DNA of 63,470 nt, filler included, from Aduncisulcus paluster (taxonomy: Eukaryota), in NCBI GenBank assembly GCA_024181965.1. It is 11 parts of 11 records of this genome, joined end to end, with 100 filler letters (N's around TTAATTAATTAA, not from the genome) between each part and the next. Parts side by side here need not be neighbours in the genome. Positions count along the whole stretch, not along the records: positions 17,228 to 35,654 come from BQXS01011860.1; 10 more parts are not named here. One strand, given 5' to 3'. The notes under the pieces were generated by a model that saw nothing but the letters and a program-made list of their open reading frames with translations, was not told the DNA's origin and ran no database searches. This document shows, in pieces, positions 24,207 through 35,754 of this stretch. The translations under genes and the position numbers were made by a program. How positions within the stretch are numbered: the first letter of the stretch is position 1; every line of letters begins with the position of its first letter.

Positions 24207-24781
24207 ATGGCCAAAAAAGCTCTTCATCCAAGATCAAGAAAAGCTGAAAAGTTGCCTGGGAAGACAAAAAGGAAAGATAGAATAGCGTATGTTGTTTGGG
24301 ATTTTTTTTTTCATTTTATTATCTTATGATCATCTTTATAATTCACATTCCAATATTCTCCAAATATTAACCTTTGAATGCATATAATTTTATTAGACAG
24401 AAGAAAAAACTCCATAAATTGAGTGGTTCTTTAAAAAAGCGGTTATTGCTTACCTTGAGGGATAAATTGCCCGAAAAAGGAAAAATACCAACTGATATAG
24501 AGATTGAATCAAATATTATTGAATTTTTGCGTGGAGAAGAGCTCGAATTAGAGTCGTATAAAACTGGTTCTGTTAAACACCTTGCCAACAAAAAAAAGCT
24601 TGAATCGATGTGGATTGATGCTCGTGATGGAAGGTTATTGATTCCTTCATTCTCTTCATCGTTAGAAGTCGAAGCTTTCCGGATATGGAAAGGTGATGAT
24701 GGAGGTCTTAGTGCTTATAACATGAGAGTATTTATTATCAAGAAGCGGGAAGAAGAAGAAGAAGGAGAAGAACAATCATAA
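24207..24781 (+). CDS. TMA16: Translation machinery-associated protein 16; exons 24207-24286 and 24397-24781
   Basis: HPRSRKAEKL motif. A 110-nt GTATGT...TTAG intron (24287-24396) restores the frame. The C-terminus reads IPSF...W.GD. Confidence 0.75.
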
Positions 24782-25825
24782 TCTGACAATTATTGGTTAT
24801 TTGATTATTTGCTCGATTTTTTTTCTGATACCATTGATCATTGTATCCCATCTTCATTATTCGATAATCAAGAGAATATTCAAGACAAATTACCAACTTC
24901 TGACCATAGACTCTCAGTTTATACCCATGTTATTGCTTACCTTGAGGGATAAATTGCCCGAAAAAGGAAAAATACCAACTGATATAGAGATTGAATCAAA
25001 TATTATTGAATTTTTGCGTGGAGAAGAGCTCGAATTAGAGTCGTATAAAACTGGTTCTGTTAAACACCTTGCCAACAAAAAAAAGCTTGAATCGATGTGG
25101 ATTGATGCTCGTGATGGAAGGTTATTGATTCCTTCATTCTCTTCATCGTTAGAAGTCGAAGCTTTCCGGATATGGAAAGGTGATGATGGAGGTCTTAGTG
25201 CTTATAACATGAGAGTATTTATTATCAAGAAGCGGGAAGAAGAAGAAGAAGGAGAAGAACAATCATAATCTGACAATTATTGGTTATTTGATTATTTGCT
25301 CGATTTTTTTTCTGATACCATTGATCATTGTATCCCATCTTCATTATTCGATAATCAAGAGAATATTCAAGACAAATTAGAAAAATACCAACTGATATAG
25401 AGATTGAATCAAATATTATTGAATTTTTGCGTGGAGAAGAGCTCGAATTAGAGTCGTATAAAACTGGTTCTGTTAAACACCTTGCCAACAAAAAAAAGCT
25501 TGAATCGATGTGGATTGATGCTCGTGATGGAAGGTTATTGATTCCTTCATTCTCTTCATCGTTAGAAGTCGAAGCTTTCCGGATATGGAAAGGTGATGAT
25601 GGAGGTCTTAGTGCTTATAACATGAGAGTATTTATTATCAAGAAGCGGGAAGAAGAAGAAGGAGAAGAACAATCATAATCTGACAATTATTGGTTATTTG
25701 ATTATTTGCTCGATTTTTTTTCTGATACCATTGATCATTGTATCCCATCTTCATTATTCGATAATCAAGAGAATATTCAAGACAAATTACCAACTTCTGA
25801 CCATAGACTCTCAGTTTATACCCAT
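24442..25825 (+). repeat. Three tandem copies of the TMA16 3' part plus 3' flank (24442-24928, 24929-25379, 25380-25825)
   Basis: Near-identical sequence. Copy 3 has one fewer GAA codon; copies 2 and 3 lack exon 1. Confidence 0.9.
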
Positions 25826-26079
25826 TTGAAGTGATTCAATCCCATTTTTGGACCCTTAAAAATAAATTCCTGACTGATGTTAATACTTGGCACAAAAAAT
25901 ATTTGTTGTACAAAACATACTTTCAAAAATCTATATTACTTCTCCCATATCATTATAAGGCTAATTACTTCCTTTCCATCGAGTTTCTGAGAAACTATTG
26001 ATAAGTGCTAGATTTGGTTCAAAATCAATTTCTTTTTCAATTAATTTTCCAATAATATTTATTTAAAGAGAGTTTTACC

Positions 26080-29000
26080 ATGAAATTCTTTCATATTTTA
26101 TTCCTTTGCCTTACAATTTCACATATCATTACTATTTCATGTATTTCTGAAGAAGAATTACGGTCAACATGCGAATCATCAAGAATAGCTCAATCTTATT
26201 GCACCACAAGTTTTGAATGCGTTTCCCCATATTCATATCTAGATCCAATATTCTCTGAGTGGTTTGGTGGATCTCTTGCCGTTGATATAGATGGTTCCAA
26301 GCAAGATCTAAGCACTACCGTATGTCCTGGCTATTCTGACCAGGCCTCTTGCTGTGGGACTTCCGTATATAATAACATACGCCTTGCTACCTTATCTTAC
26401 AAAAATATGATTAAATCCTTCGTATCTACGATTAATCCCGATGATTTAGACAAAGATGTTCTCATTCAATATTGGACGGATATGCAGGAAAAAGGAATTC
26501 TAAAATCATCCATTACTCCGGCTGAATTTGTCGATATTCTTCAACCCTTTGTGACTAAATACGCCGACACTTTGACTTTACAAGCCTCTGACTGCCTGGA
26601 AGTATTCTTTAGGTACCAATTAGGTCTGTTATGTTCCATGTGTGACCCCAATTATGGAGGCGCCTCATCGTCCACATTTTCAATCCCCGAAGAGCTCGAA
26701 GAAACCTCCACTTCGTCATACGACGGCATTATAAACGTTCAAAACGGAGTCAATGTCGCTGCTTCCACCAGTTGTGGATGGATTGATGCTCAAAAGCNNN
26801 NNNNNNNNNNNNNNNNNATTCTAAAATCATCCATTACTCCGGCTGAATTTGTCGATATTCTTCAACCCTTTGTGACTAAATACGCCGACACTTTGACTTT
26901 ACAAGCCTCTGACTGCCTGGAAGTATTCTTTAGGTACCAATTAGGTCTGTTATGTTCCATGTGTGACCCCAATTATGGAGGCGCCTCATCGTCCACATTT
27001 TCAATCCCCGAAGAGCTCGAAGAAACCTCCACTTCGTCATACGACGGCATTATAAACGTTCAAAACGGAGTCAATGTCGCTGCTTCCACCAGTTGTGGAC
27101 GGTTTTACCGTGTAATATATAAGATGTGGATTGAGTTTGGGGATTACTTGTCAAATATTCCCAGTCTTACAGTAACATCGGGACGAAATGGGCTTCTATC
27201 TGTGTTTTCTTCCCTTCCTCTTCTCTCTGACCTTAACCGGAATAATATGTACTCCAGAGGTCTCAATATCAATGATCTACTCTATATCTTCATCTTATCT
27301 CCGACTGTTATACTCAATACTTCCTCTTCTCTGGCCGAAATTGAGCAGATCATTGGAATATCCTTCGATGATCTATTGACTGCCGTTTCTGACAATACTT
27401 CTGATCCCAAGAGAAGTTGTATTGACCTTGTAAAGCCCGCATTTGTCCTTTCAACGGACACCCATTCCTTTTCCGGCATTCCTGTTAACCACATTGCACT
27501 CCATACCTCCATAACCCTTGGATCAGTCTCTATACACTGGTCATGGATTGGCTTCTCTATCTTTTGTGTCATTTCCCTGATTGTTATCCTTGGCATCTGG
27601 CTGTCCTTTTGTGCATGTTTCCCATCGCCAAGGACAAACGATGGGGCCATTTCTGTGCTTGGGAAAGCGTGTCCCTGTTGTTGGTACTGCTGCTGCACTG
27701 TAAGATGTCCCTGTGGAGGCTGCTGTGGCGACTATTCTAGGTGGTTCAAACAACGAGATATCGAGAAACGGGGCAATATTCCTGCATTTAGACTCAAAGA
27801 TGGGCGATGGGCACTTCCTGTCACACTGCAGAAGTCACCCACACGAAGAAAGAGTGACTCTAGAGCATCCATTGGAAGAATCTCCATGAGTGAGGACTCT
27901 GGACCATCCAACGTTATCCCTGGCTCTCCCTCAACGCCTCCTTCGGTCAGACGTAGAGCCTCAGAGCTATCTGTACGAGTAGGTAATCGGAGGTGTAGTT
28001 TAGTTGTGTCTGGTCTCACTCCTGAGGTCATCATTCGTCGTGCTACGTCAACCATCACCCAGTCCCCCAGCTCTGGTGCCAACAACAAGCGTAGTGGAAG
28101 TCTAAAGCAGTCACCAACACTCACTTCTGCAACTCCTATGCCTCTTGGTGCCGGGACTGCATCAGGAAGACATGGCAGTTATGGCGGTGGTAGTACCAGT
28201 GAAGGAAGCACAAGCATGATATCGACTACAACAAACGACGGGCTTGTCACGCACAGTGTTCTTGACTTCTCTCGTTTTGAAGACATTGATGAGACCGAGG
28301 AAGATGTTGCTCAGATCAATTCAAGTGAGATGGACACGACAACCGGCATATCCGGCCTCACCGGTGGAAACCAACAGGATGGACTGTCAACTGACGGTGG
28401 TTCCAGACCGTTAGACACAAGCGATTTCCTTGAGCAAGAAGCTCTCGAGCAGAGCCCTGGGATGCCCCATGATCCTGTGCAGTGGGATCATCTCAAAAAC
28501 TATTCAATGGAGCAAAGGGGCAGCGGGAGTATTTCTGTCCAGCCTGTCCAGACACTCTCCAGGTCACAGGAGAAGGGGCCCGATGGCGGTGGACATAGCT
28601 TTGGAATGATGGAAGGAACACCGACAGCAACCGAGACTTCCTCCGGTTCTTCTTCTTCAAGCTGGCGGCGAAGGAGTTCGGCTGCTCGTTCGAAATCAAT
28701 TACAAGCGAGATTCAACTATTGACCGACAAAGTGAGTGACGACGAGAGAAAGTCTATTCGTCGTAGCGTGGGAGGATACGATAAGAAGAAAGGAGAATAT
28801 ACTGTTGTCAAGCAGATGAGACGTGCCAGTATGGTTGTAGACGGTGAAGTTGTTACTGGTGTCATTGTAGAGACTCACGTTCTGACGGAAGAAGAGAAGA
28901 AGGCCCGTAGATTGAAAAGAAAACAACGGAAGGCGCTCAAAGACTCTGGCTTCATCTCTTCATCCATCGATGATTCTACTTCTACTTCTACTGCTGTTAT

Positions 29001-29118
29001 CGGGGATTCATCAGAAATGGCCGATATTCCACCCTCACAGCCACAATTGCTGACTATTCCGGAAGAAGGAGTTGATGAGAACGATCTCAGTGAATCGGGG
29101 TCTGAACATCCAAAATAG
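26080..29118 (+). CDS. Type I membrane protein with a Cys-rich, folate-receptor-like ectodomain and a long disordered Ser-rich tail (contains an artefactual duplication, 26497-26778 and 26818-27099)
   Basis: Signal peptide; CPGYSDQASCC...CLEVF...LLCSMCDP; TM segment WIGFSIFCVISLIVILGIWL; juxtamembrane Cys cluster. Confidence 0.7.
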   Translation: MKFFHILFLCLTISHIITISCISEEELRSTCESSRIAQSYCTTSFECVSPYSYLDPIFSEWFGGSLAVDIDGSKQDLSTTVCPGYSDQASCCGTSVYNNIRLATLSYKNMIKSFVSTINPDDLDKDVLIQYWTDMQEKGILKSSITPAEFVDILQPFVTKYADTLTLQASDCLEVFFRYQLGLLCSMCDPNYGGASSSTFSIPEELEETSTSSYDGIINVQNGVNVAASTSCGWIDAQKXXXXXXXILKSSITPAEFVDILQPFVTKYADTLTLQASDCLEVFFRYQLGLLCSMCDPNYGGASSSTFSIPEELEETSTSSYDGIINVQNGVNVAASTSCGRFYRVIYKMWIEFGDYLSNIPSLTVTSGRNGLLSVFSSLPLLSDLNRNNMYSRGLNINDLLYIFILSPTVILNTSSSLAEIEQIIGISFDDLLTAVSDNTSDPKRSCIDLVKPAFVLSTDTHSFSGIPVNHIALHTSITLGSVSIHWSWIGFSIFCVISLIVILGIWLSFCACFPSPRTNDGAISVLGKACPCCWYCCCTVRCPCGGCCGDYSRWFKQRDIEKRGNIPAFRLKDGRWALPVTLQKSPTRRKSDSRASIGRISMSEDSGPSNVIPGSPSTPPSVRRRASELSVRVGNRRCSLVVSGLTPEVIIRRATSTITQSPSSGANNKRSGSLKQSPTLTSATPMPLGAGTASGRHGSYGGGSTSEGSTSMISTTTNDGLVTHSVLDFSRFEDIDETEEDVAQINSSEMDTTTGISGLTGGNQQDGLSTDGGSRPLDTSDFLEQEALEQSPGMPHDPVQWDHLKNYSMEQRGSGSISVQPVQTLSRSQEKGPDGGGHSFGMMEGTPTATETSSGSSSSSWRRRSSAARSKSITSEIQLLTDKVSDDERKSIRRSVGGYDKKKGEYTVVKQMRRASMVVDGEVVTGVIVETHVLTEEEKKARRLKRKQRKALKDSGFISSSIDDSTSTSTAVIGDSSEMADIPPSQPQLLTIPEEGVDENDLSESGSEHPK

Positions 29119-29729
29119 GAACATGATGAGAAAGAAGAAGAAAAGTCCTCTTCAAGAAATAGGAAGATAACAGGTAAACGATGGCGATAACAACAAATAG
29201 CATAAGGATTGGCGCTTACGAGATTACGAGATCGACCTGAATATACCTCGTTCTTCAATTTTCAACCCTCTGTTCTCCATTTGTAAATTATATTGATAAT
29301 TTTATCGATTTATTTCGACGTGTTAGCTTATTTTTTTATTATAAATCACGTTTTTAGTCATTCGATTTTTCGATTATGATTATTTTTTTGTAGACTAAAT
29401 TCTACAACTATCCTTCATATAAACATTATAAATATGTACTTCATTTTTAGTAAATTGCCATTATTAGACAGTATTGTACTACAATACATCCATACTACTA
29501 GTTGTAGTACTACTCCAATGCCTAGTAGGCATTTCTGATGCGCCGGCACTCTGAGCGGTAAAAATACCGAAAATCACTTTTCGATTCTATTTTTTTTTCC
29601 CTTCTTGTTCATATTGAACATTTTTATTGTTAACTCGAATAATATCCAAATTATTCGGGAATAATTGAAGAAAACACCCTGAAAAGTTGTCAGCTGGATT
29701 TTCTCGAAATAAACTCCCCTTTGGCCTCC

Positions 29730-31145
29730 ATGAGAATAACTCAAAGGTATATTCCAGGTCCCTCGGAAACATATGAGCGAGATCAGGGTATTTTGATTCC
29801 GGATACCGTCATAAATTTGACTACACAGCCAAAGCAAAGAGAGGTATTGAAAAAGATGCCAATAGTTAAAAAATATCCTTCAGTTCGACCACTAACAAAA
29901 TATACAATACAATATAAAAGAGATAACCCACTTTTTTCTCCATTTTTATCCCGAGAGAAACGAATACCACGGCCAATGGTCAAATTGTTTAGAAATTCTG
30001 TTAATGATGATTTAGATTTTTATTACTTTGGTATTCATATGGTTTTGGGAAGGCGCATTTTCAAAAAACTCTGTAAGAAAGAACGGGTCGATTTTTCGGA
30101 ACATCCTCCGTCTTCACCTTCCTCCTCTATTTCGTCTTTTTCCGATGAGGCCAAATCACTTCATTCCCATAAACCACATTCCCACCCTCCTATGCATTCC
30201 CATTCTATGTATGAATCATATAGTTCCATTACAACCTCTCTTCCACCATTCTTACCTGCAAGATCCCCATTCCATCGTTTCTCCGTTGTTATCGACATGG
30301 ACCATACACTTTTACATGCCTCAAAGAAATTTTTTTCCGGATACGAGCAAGTTATCCGGGCCATTGACAAAGGCATGATGCGAGATTTCTATGTGAGGTC
30401 AAGACCCTATGCCCGTGAGCTGGTCAAAGAGATTAGACGGAAAGGCGGTGAAATCATTGTTTATACTGCTGCCCTGCAAGACTATGCCGACAAATGTCTG
30501 AGAGTATTTGACCCCTCAGAATCGTTGATCGATCATCGGATCTATCGTGAAGCCTGTATCCGCATAACTGCCGAAGACTTACACCGAGAAGCTCGGGATG
30601 AGTGGGAAGAACGGGGCATCCGTCCTGGAGGAGGCTATGGAATGATGTCGTACGGTGGGTATCGAACCTCCTCTTCCTCTTCCTCCACATCCCCTCCACA
30701 CTTGCCACTTGCAGACCTTGTATTCAGCAACGGGTATATGAAAGACCTCTCTAGACTCGGTGAGAGCAGAGATCTCTCGTCTGTTGTGATCATTGATGAC
30801 AATCCCATATCATACGCCCTACAACCTCTCACTGCTCTCCCATGCCGAGAATACAGGGGAGAAGACAACGATGAAGAGATGAAACTCATCGCTTTGGCCG
30901 TGTTTCAGGCACTTGAAGATAAGAACACAGCTAATGTGAGTGGTGTCGATGAAGCCATTGAAAAGGCACAGTTGCATCTCTCACAATATCGTATCAAGGG
31001 GAAAACCTCTCATAGAGATAAATACAGAAGGTATGGGCATCAAAGAGACCTGTACCTTCCATATGCCACAATATCTTCCTTTTTTTGCATAAAAGAGGAG
31101 GCTGAGCTCTTACACCCTCCACCTTTCTTTTCTGGTGACTTATAA
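29730..31145 (+). CDS. FCP1/SCP (NIF) family HAD phosphatase, CTD small phosphatase-like
   Basis: VIDMDHTL (DxDxT), VRSRPY, YTAALQDYAD, YREAC, YMKDLSRLG..RDLSSVVIIDDNP. Confidence 0.9.
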   Translation: MRITQRYIPGPSETYERDQGILIPDTVINLTTQPKQREVLKKMPIVKKYPSVRPLTKYTIQYKRDNPLFSPFLSREKRIPRPMVKLFRNSVNDDLDFYYFGIHMVLGRRIFKKLCKKERVDFSEHPPSSPSSSISSFSDEAKSLHSHKPHSHPPMHSHSMYESYSSITTSLPPFLPARSPFHRFSVVIDMDHTLLHASKKFFSGYEQVIRAIDKGMMRDFYVRSRPYARELVKEIRRKGGEIIVYTAALQDYADKCLRVFDPSESLIDHRIYREACIRITAEDLHREARDEWEERGIRPGGGYGMMSYGGYRTSSSSSSTSPPHLPLADLVFSNGYMKDLSRLGESRDLSSVVIIDDNPISYALQPLTALPCREYRGEDNDEEMKLIALAVFQALEDKNTANVSGVDEAIEKAQLHLSQYRIKGKTSHRDKYRRYGHQRDLYLPYATISSFFCIKEEAELLHPPPFFSGDL

Positions 31146-31403
31146 TTTCGATTCCTTATGTATACTCATTATAGATTATAATTTCATAGTATCCAATTTG
31201 ACCCATTCTACTATTCAACTCGATCATTGCGTTTTCTTTTATCATCCCTTATAATAGATTTTTTAAAATTTTAAACGAACTTTACATGATCACATCTGAC
31301 CGATAATAATAAATTCTGTTATATTTCTAGAAAAATTCGACCGTATAACTATTTCTACGGAGTTCGCCCGACTTTTCCCTATTTGGCGCTATCACACTTA
31401 AAT

Positions 31404-34400
31404 ATGACACTTCTTGATGTGTTATATGGGCAAATATATCAAAAAACAACATATTCTAGTGGTAATGCTAAATTTTATGGAGAAATTACTCCATTTCTAG
31501 AATCTGCCGACCAAGAAGAACTAGATACTGCTCTTAGAGCCGTAATTAATACAGCTCCAGCAAAATGTGATCCTCCTAGCGATATTTTATTCCTTATTAA
31601 ACAATTATTATCAAGTGGAGCCTCTCCTGATGTTGGAAGTCCCCACCAACCTCTATTACTCCTTACTATACAACGACATTTGAAAGAAATAGCAAGAATG
31701 TTGCTAGCAGCAGGTGCTAATTTCAACGAACGTGTGTCAGCTCAAGGGCAGCCTCTGCTTTGTGTTGCAGTTGCCCCCCAAGGAGATTCTGAAATTGGAG
31801 AGCTTCTCATCCAATCTGGAGCCAATGTAAATGCTCGTGTTGAATCTGACGATTCCACGGCACTTCATAAGGCCATTCTTGCCCACGATAAAGATATTGT
31901 TGACCTTTTGATTGAGAAAGAGGCTGACGTGAATGCTGCCAATTCGCATGGTGTTACTCCACTTCATATCCTTGCTAATACGTTATCCGAATATCCTGTG
32001 AGCTCGATTTGTCGCTCATTGCTCGACAGTGGTGCTGATGCCACCCGTGTTGATATATATGGCCGTACTCCTCTTCATTACGCCATCTCAAGTGGAAATA
32101 TGGAGATGATCCATGTGTTACTTGCCTATGAGCTCGGTTTAAAGAGTCTAACAATTGCTGATCTCTCTGGGAAAACTCCTCTTACTCTTCTCATTAACCC
32201 CAGCCCAGTACCCTCGATCGTCGGAGCAGAGACATCATCATTGTCTTCCCCTCTGTCTTCCCCGTTGCTTAAGATGCCCACATCCTCCCCGCTTGCCATC
32301 CCCATATCTCCACAGAAGTCCCTTCTCACACCCTCGGCTTCTTCTCCTTTACACAGCGATATCGTTCATGCAATCCTGTCTTGTGCATCCATTGAACACC
32401 TGGATCACACTGATGGCACTGGAAATAATCTCCTCCATCTCGCTGCCAATGCCAACGATCTATCCCTCGTCAAACACTTGATCGGAAGAGGAATGAATCC
32501 TAAGTCTATAAATAGATTGAGAAAGAGGCCAATTGATCTTGCCATGAAGAACAATGCTGATGATGTCGTGGTGTTCTTGGCGAGTGTGATGAGAGCTGAT
32601 GGATTGAATGACAGGATTCCAACTGAGAGTAGTGCATATATCGCTGCACTATGCACTGGAACTGTCGATACCACACGGTTTGGAGATGCCTCTTCTGTCT
32701 CATTGTCAGCATCTACAGTTATTGTAGGTTCAAGCGAGGAATCTGGAGAAATGAAAGGAGAAATGAAAATTGAACATATCTCAAAAAAGCAAGAGGAAGA
32801 GAAAGAGGAAGAGAAAGAGGAAGAGGAAGAGGAAGAGGAAGAGGAAGAGGAAGAGGAGCTGAAAGAAGAATTCGAAGAGAAGAAAGAAGAGGAAGAAGAG
32901 GAAGAAGAGGAAGAAGAGGAAGAAGAGGAAGAAGAAAAATCACACCCTATGAAGACAGAAGAAGGTAATGATACTTCAGTGACTCCTCCTCTCTCTTATT
33001 CTCCTAAACAATCTACCCTTCCCCTTCAAGAAGAAGAAGAATCCCCTGTTAAAATCCCTCAGACTCCCATTCAGAAGTGTGGCATTGCCCCATCCTCAAC
33101 AAGTTCTATCCCTTCTTCTCGTCCTCTCTTCTATCTGTTCTCCCTTGTCAAAAATGGTGCTTCTCTCTCCATCGCTGACCCATCTTCAGGCCTTTCTCTG
33201 TTACACCACTTGTGTTCTTCGCAGTCTGTGTCAAAAGAGGTCGTAAAGTATTGCATTGAGCTTGGGGCTGAGATAACTCAATCCGTGGATGGTTCCACTG
33301 CTCTCCATTGTGCTGTCCAACAATGCAGATCCGACCTTGTCGAACTTCTTGTAGAGCTTGGCGTTGACACTTCCCTCGAACGTGTCCGTGGTGGAACTGC
33401 ATTGTCCGTGGGTCTTGTGAGATGTGGTTGGGGCATCGCTGGAGGCGTAGATGTCGTCAATTCCCTCCTCAATAGCGGAGTGAAAGTTGATGAGGAATCT
33501 CTGTGTTATTGTGTAAGAAGATGTGGGCTCAATGTCGTACGTCCAGTTGTGAGCGAGTATTTGGAACAACAAAAGGATCATCACATTGAATTGGACAGTG
33601 GTGAGATATCGATCAAAGAAGCGAAGAAAGAAGAGAAGAAAGAAGAAGCTGATCGTGAGAGTGGTTCCATTCCTTCAAATTCTGACATCCTCATGCGTAT
33701 CTACAGAGAGTTGAAGGGACGGTCTGGAGACGTTGCTGAATATGTTGCAAGAGAACTCGATTTGGAGAAAGTCGCTGCAGCATTGGAGAAGACTGAACCC
33801 AAAGAAATTGTGTCTCCTTTCACTCTCATGACCCAGGGAGAAGCATCTGATGATCACTTAATCCATGTTGATCTATTTTTAGATCATGAGAATGATACTG
33901 ATGGAAGGATTGACAGTGGGTCGGTGTCATTTAAAGTCTTGGAGAGGAATGGTGAATTCATAGTTGAGGAGGAAGAGGAAAAAGATATGGCTCTTGAAGT
34001 TACTGAACCCCAAAAGAAACAAGAAAAAGAGGAAGAGGAAGAGGAAGAAGAGGAAGAGGAAGAAGAGGAAGAAGAGGAAGGACAGAAAGAAGAGGAAGAG
34101 GAAGAAGAGGAAGAAGAGGAAGGACAGAAAGAAGAAGATAATGTTTTAGGAGCAGGGAAAGGAGAGTTTGAGAGTCCAGATCTCCAGGAATCTGGTTCCA
34201 TTCCCATTGAAATTGAAGAGAAACACATGGGAACGATGGATCATTCTGCTCTCTCTCCCAGCAGTGTTCTTGTTGAATCCAAGGAAGAAGATCAAGGACC
34301 TACCAGTGAAGAAGCTGAGGAAGAAGGTGAGAAGATATCCCTAGGTGGTGGTGGCGACTTGGAAGTGTTTGGAGTTGATCATTCAGATCAAAGAGCTGTC

Positions 34401-34436
34401 TGCTGTGGGAAACAAGCTAACTGTTCCATTATGTGA
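31404..34436 (+). CDS. Ankyrin-repeat protein with poly-Glu tracts and a C-terminal CAAX box
   Basis: Multiple TALH/TPLH...GADVN repeats; ends CCGKQANCSIM*. First ATG at 31404. Confidence 0.9.
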   Translation: MTLLDVLYGQIYQKTTYSSGNAKFYGEITPFLESADQEELDTALRAVINTAPAKCDPPSDILFLIKQLLSSGASPDVGSPHQPLLLLTIQRHLKEIARMLLAAGANFNERVSAQGQPLLCVAVAPQGDSEIGELLIQSGANVNARVESDDSTALHKAILAHDKDIVDLLIEKEADVNAANSHGVTPLHILANTLSEYPVSSICRSLLDSGADATRVDIYGRTPLHYAISSGNMEMIHVLLAYELGLKSLTIADLSGKTPLTLLINPSPVPSIVGAETSSLSSPLSSPLLKMPTSSPLAIPISPQKSLLTPSASSPLHSDIVHAILSCASIEHLDHTDGTGNNLLHLAANANDLSLVKHLIGRGMNPKSINRLRKRPIDLAMKNNADDVVVFLASVMRADGLNDRIPTESSAYIAALCTGTVDTTRFGDASSVSLSASTVIVGSSEESGEMKGEMKIEHISKKQEEEKEEEKEEEEEEEEEEEEEELKEEFEEKKEEEEEEEEEEEEEEEEEKSHPMKTEEGNDTSVTPPLSYSPKQSTLPLQEEEESPVKIPQTPIQKCGIAPSSTSSIPSSRPLFYLFSLVKNGASLSIADPSSGLSLLHHLCSSQSVSKEVVKYCIELGAEITQSVDGSTALHCAVQQCRSDLVELLVELGVDTSLERVRGGTALSVGLVRCGWGIAGGVDVVNSLLNSGVKVDEESLCYCVRRCGLNVVRPVVSEYLEQQKDHHIELDSGEISIKEAKKEEKKEEADRESGSIPSNSDILMRIYRELKGRSGDVAEYVARELDLEKVAAALEKTEPKEIVSPFTLMTQGEASDDHLIHVDLFLDHENDTDGRIDSGSVSFKVLERNGEFIVEEEEEKDMALEVTEPQKKQEKEEEEEEEEEEEEEEEEEGQKEEEEEEEEEEEGQKEEDNVLGAGKGEFESPDLQESGSIPIEIEEKHMGTMDHSALSPSSVLVESKEEDQGPTSEEAEEEGEKISLGGGGDLEVFGVDHSDQRAVCCGKQANCSIM

Positions 34437-35002
34437 TTAAATTAAAGTCAAATCACCGATTACATTTTTTGACAGTTTCAGCCCTCACACCACATTTATT
34501 TCCTTTTTTCAATAATATTTATTTACTTCAATCTTTTTGATATGAGAACTTCTCATTGAGAACTCTCTCACAAATCCTACCCTTCTCTCAATCTTGATGG
34601 ATCTCTTAGAAATAGTATTTCTGAAATACCAAGATATCATTGATATTATTCAACTCATTTTCTGACACTTTTATTGCTGACACTTATAGCTTTTTCCTTT
34701 TACAATACGCTTTTCTCTCCCTCTCTCCTTCTCTCTTCTTTTACCAATAACAATTAATTGATATCATTTCTCATTACAAATTAGTATTTAATGATATCTG
34801 ATATCACTCAATACAATAGATTGCTAAATCTTTTGATGTCGCTCTTCTATTCTTTCTTCACTCACCGAGAATCCGTATTTGTACATGTAAATAAACTGTA
34901 TTTTCGAATGATTAATATCCCAAGTTGCAATTTCGATAGATTATTTTAAGATTCAATGCAAGTCAAAGAAATAAAATCTTAAACTTAAATGTAAGTCAGT
35001 TT

Positions 35003-35654
35003 CTACACCAAGATGATGATCAATCCGATAGCGAGCAGGGCCAAGACTCCAAACCCAACAAGAAGAACGAGAAGAACGGTGTTTCCATCGTCATTTGGTT
35101 CATCATCCCCTCCGTACATCCATTGTGTAGACATACTTGACCCATATGAGGGCAGAACTTCGAAATATGAAGGTCCCATTGCTGTATCTGTGAACTGATC
35201 AGATGAAGTATCATCGGTAGCTGTGAGAGAAGAATTAGGGTGAATTGGATCACTTTCGGCTGGAATAAACATTACTTTCCATGAATACTCCAAGAGAGCG
35301 AACTTATCAGGTAAATTAATTGTCAAGATAAGGTTGTTAATATCATAACTGGAACGGACGAGGATGGATTCTGGTTCATCATCAAGATAATTGTCGAATG
35401 ATTCCTCTGACCAAACGAGATCAAACAGTTTTTTCTGCACAGGTACCAAATACACATTAGCGATACAGTCAGTACAAGTGTCAGACAACTCCCATTCCAA
35501 ATCAAGCTGACCACCCATCAGACTACTCAATTCCTCCTCATCATAAGTGGCTCCATCATCAAAGTATGAGAAGTTCATGTTCGTAACATTAATGACTTGT
35601 TCACGGAATTCAATTTTCAAGGCTAAATAATCCATCCTAAAGTTTATATCATTC
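35003..35654 (-). CDS. Hypothetical acidic protein with a C-terminal TM anchor (5' truncated)
   Basis: Frame is open to the contig edge and ends in a 24-aa hydrophobic stretch. Confidence 0.7.
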
Positions 35655-35754
35655 NNNNNNNNNNNNNNNNNNNNNNNNNNNNNNNNNNNNNNNNNNNNTT
35701 AATTAATTAANNNNNNNNNNNNNNNNNNNNNNNNNNNNNNNNNNNNNNNNNNNN

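Noticed and set aside
29503..29510. TGTAGTA, a U2 branch-recognition-like sequence
   Set aside because: No flanking U2 features; it is part of a local palindrome.
32780..32940. GAAGAG-type purine repeats (also near 34030-34135, 37200-37280 and 15125-15200)
   Set aside because: These encode poly-Glu tracts, not CRISPR arrays or satellites. The antisense poly-Ser and Leu-Pro ORFs are shadows.
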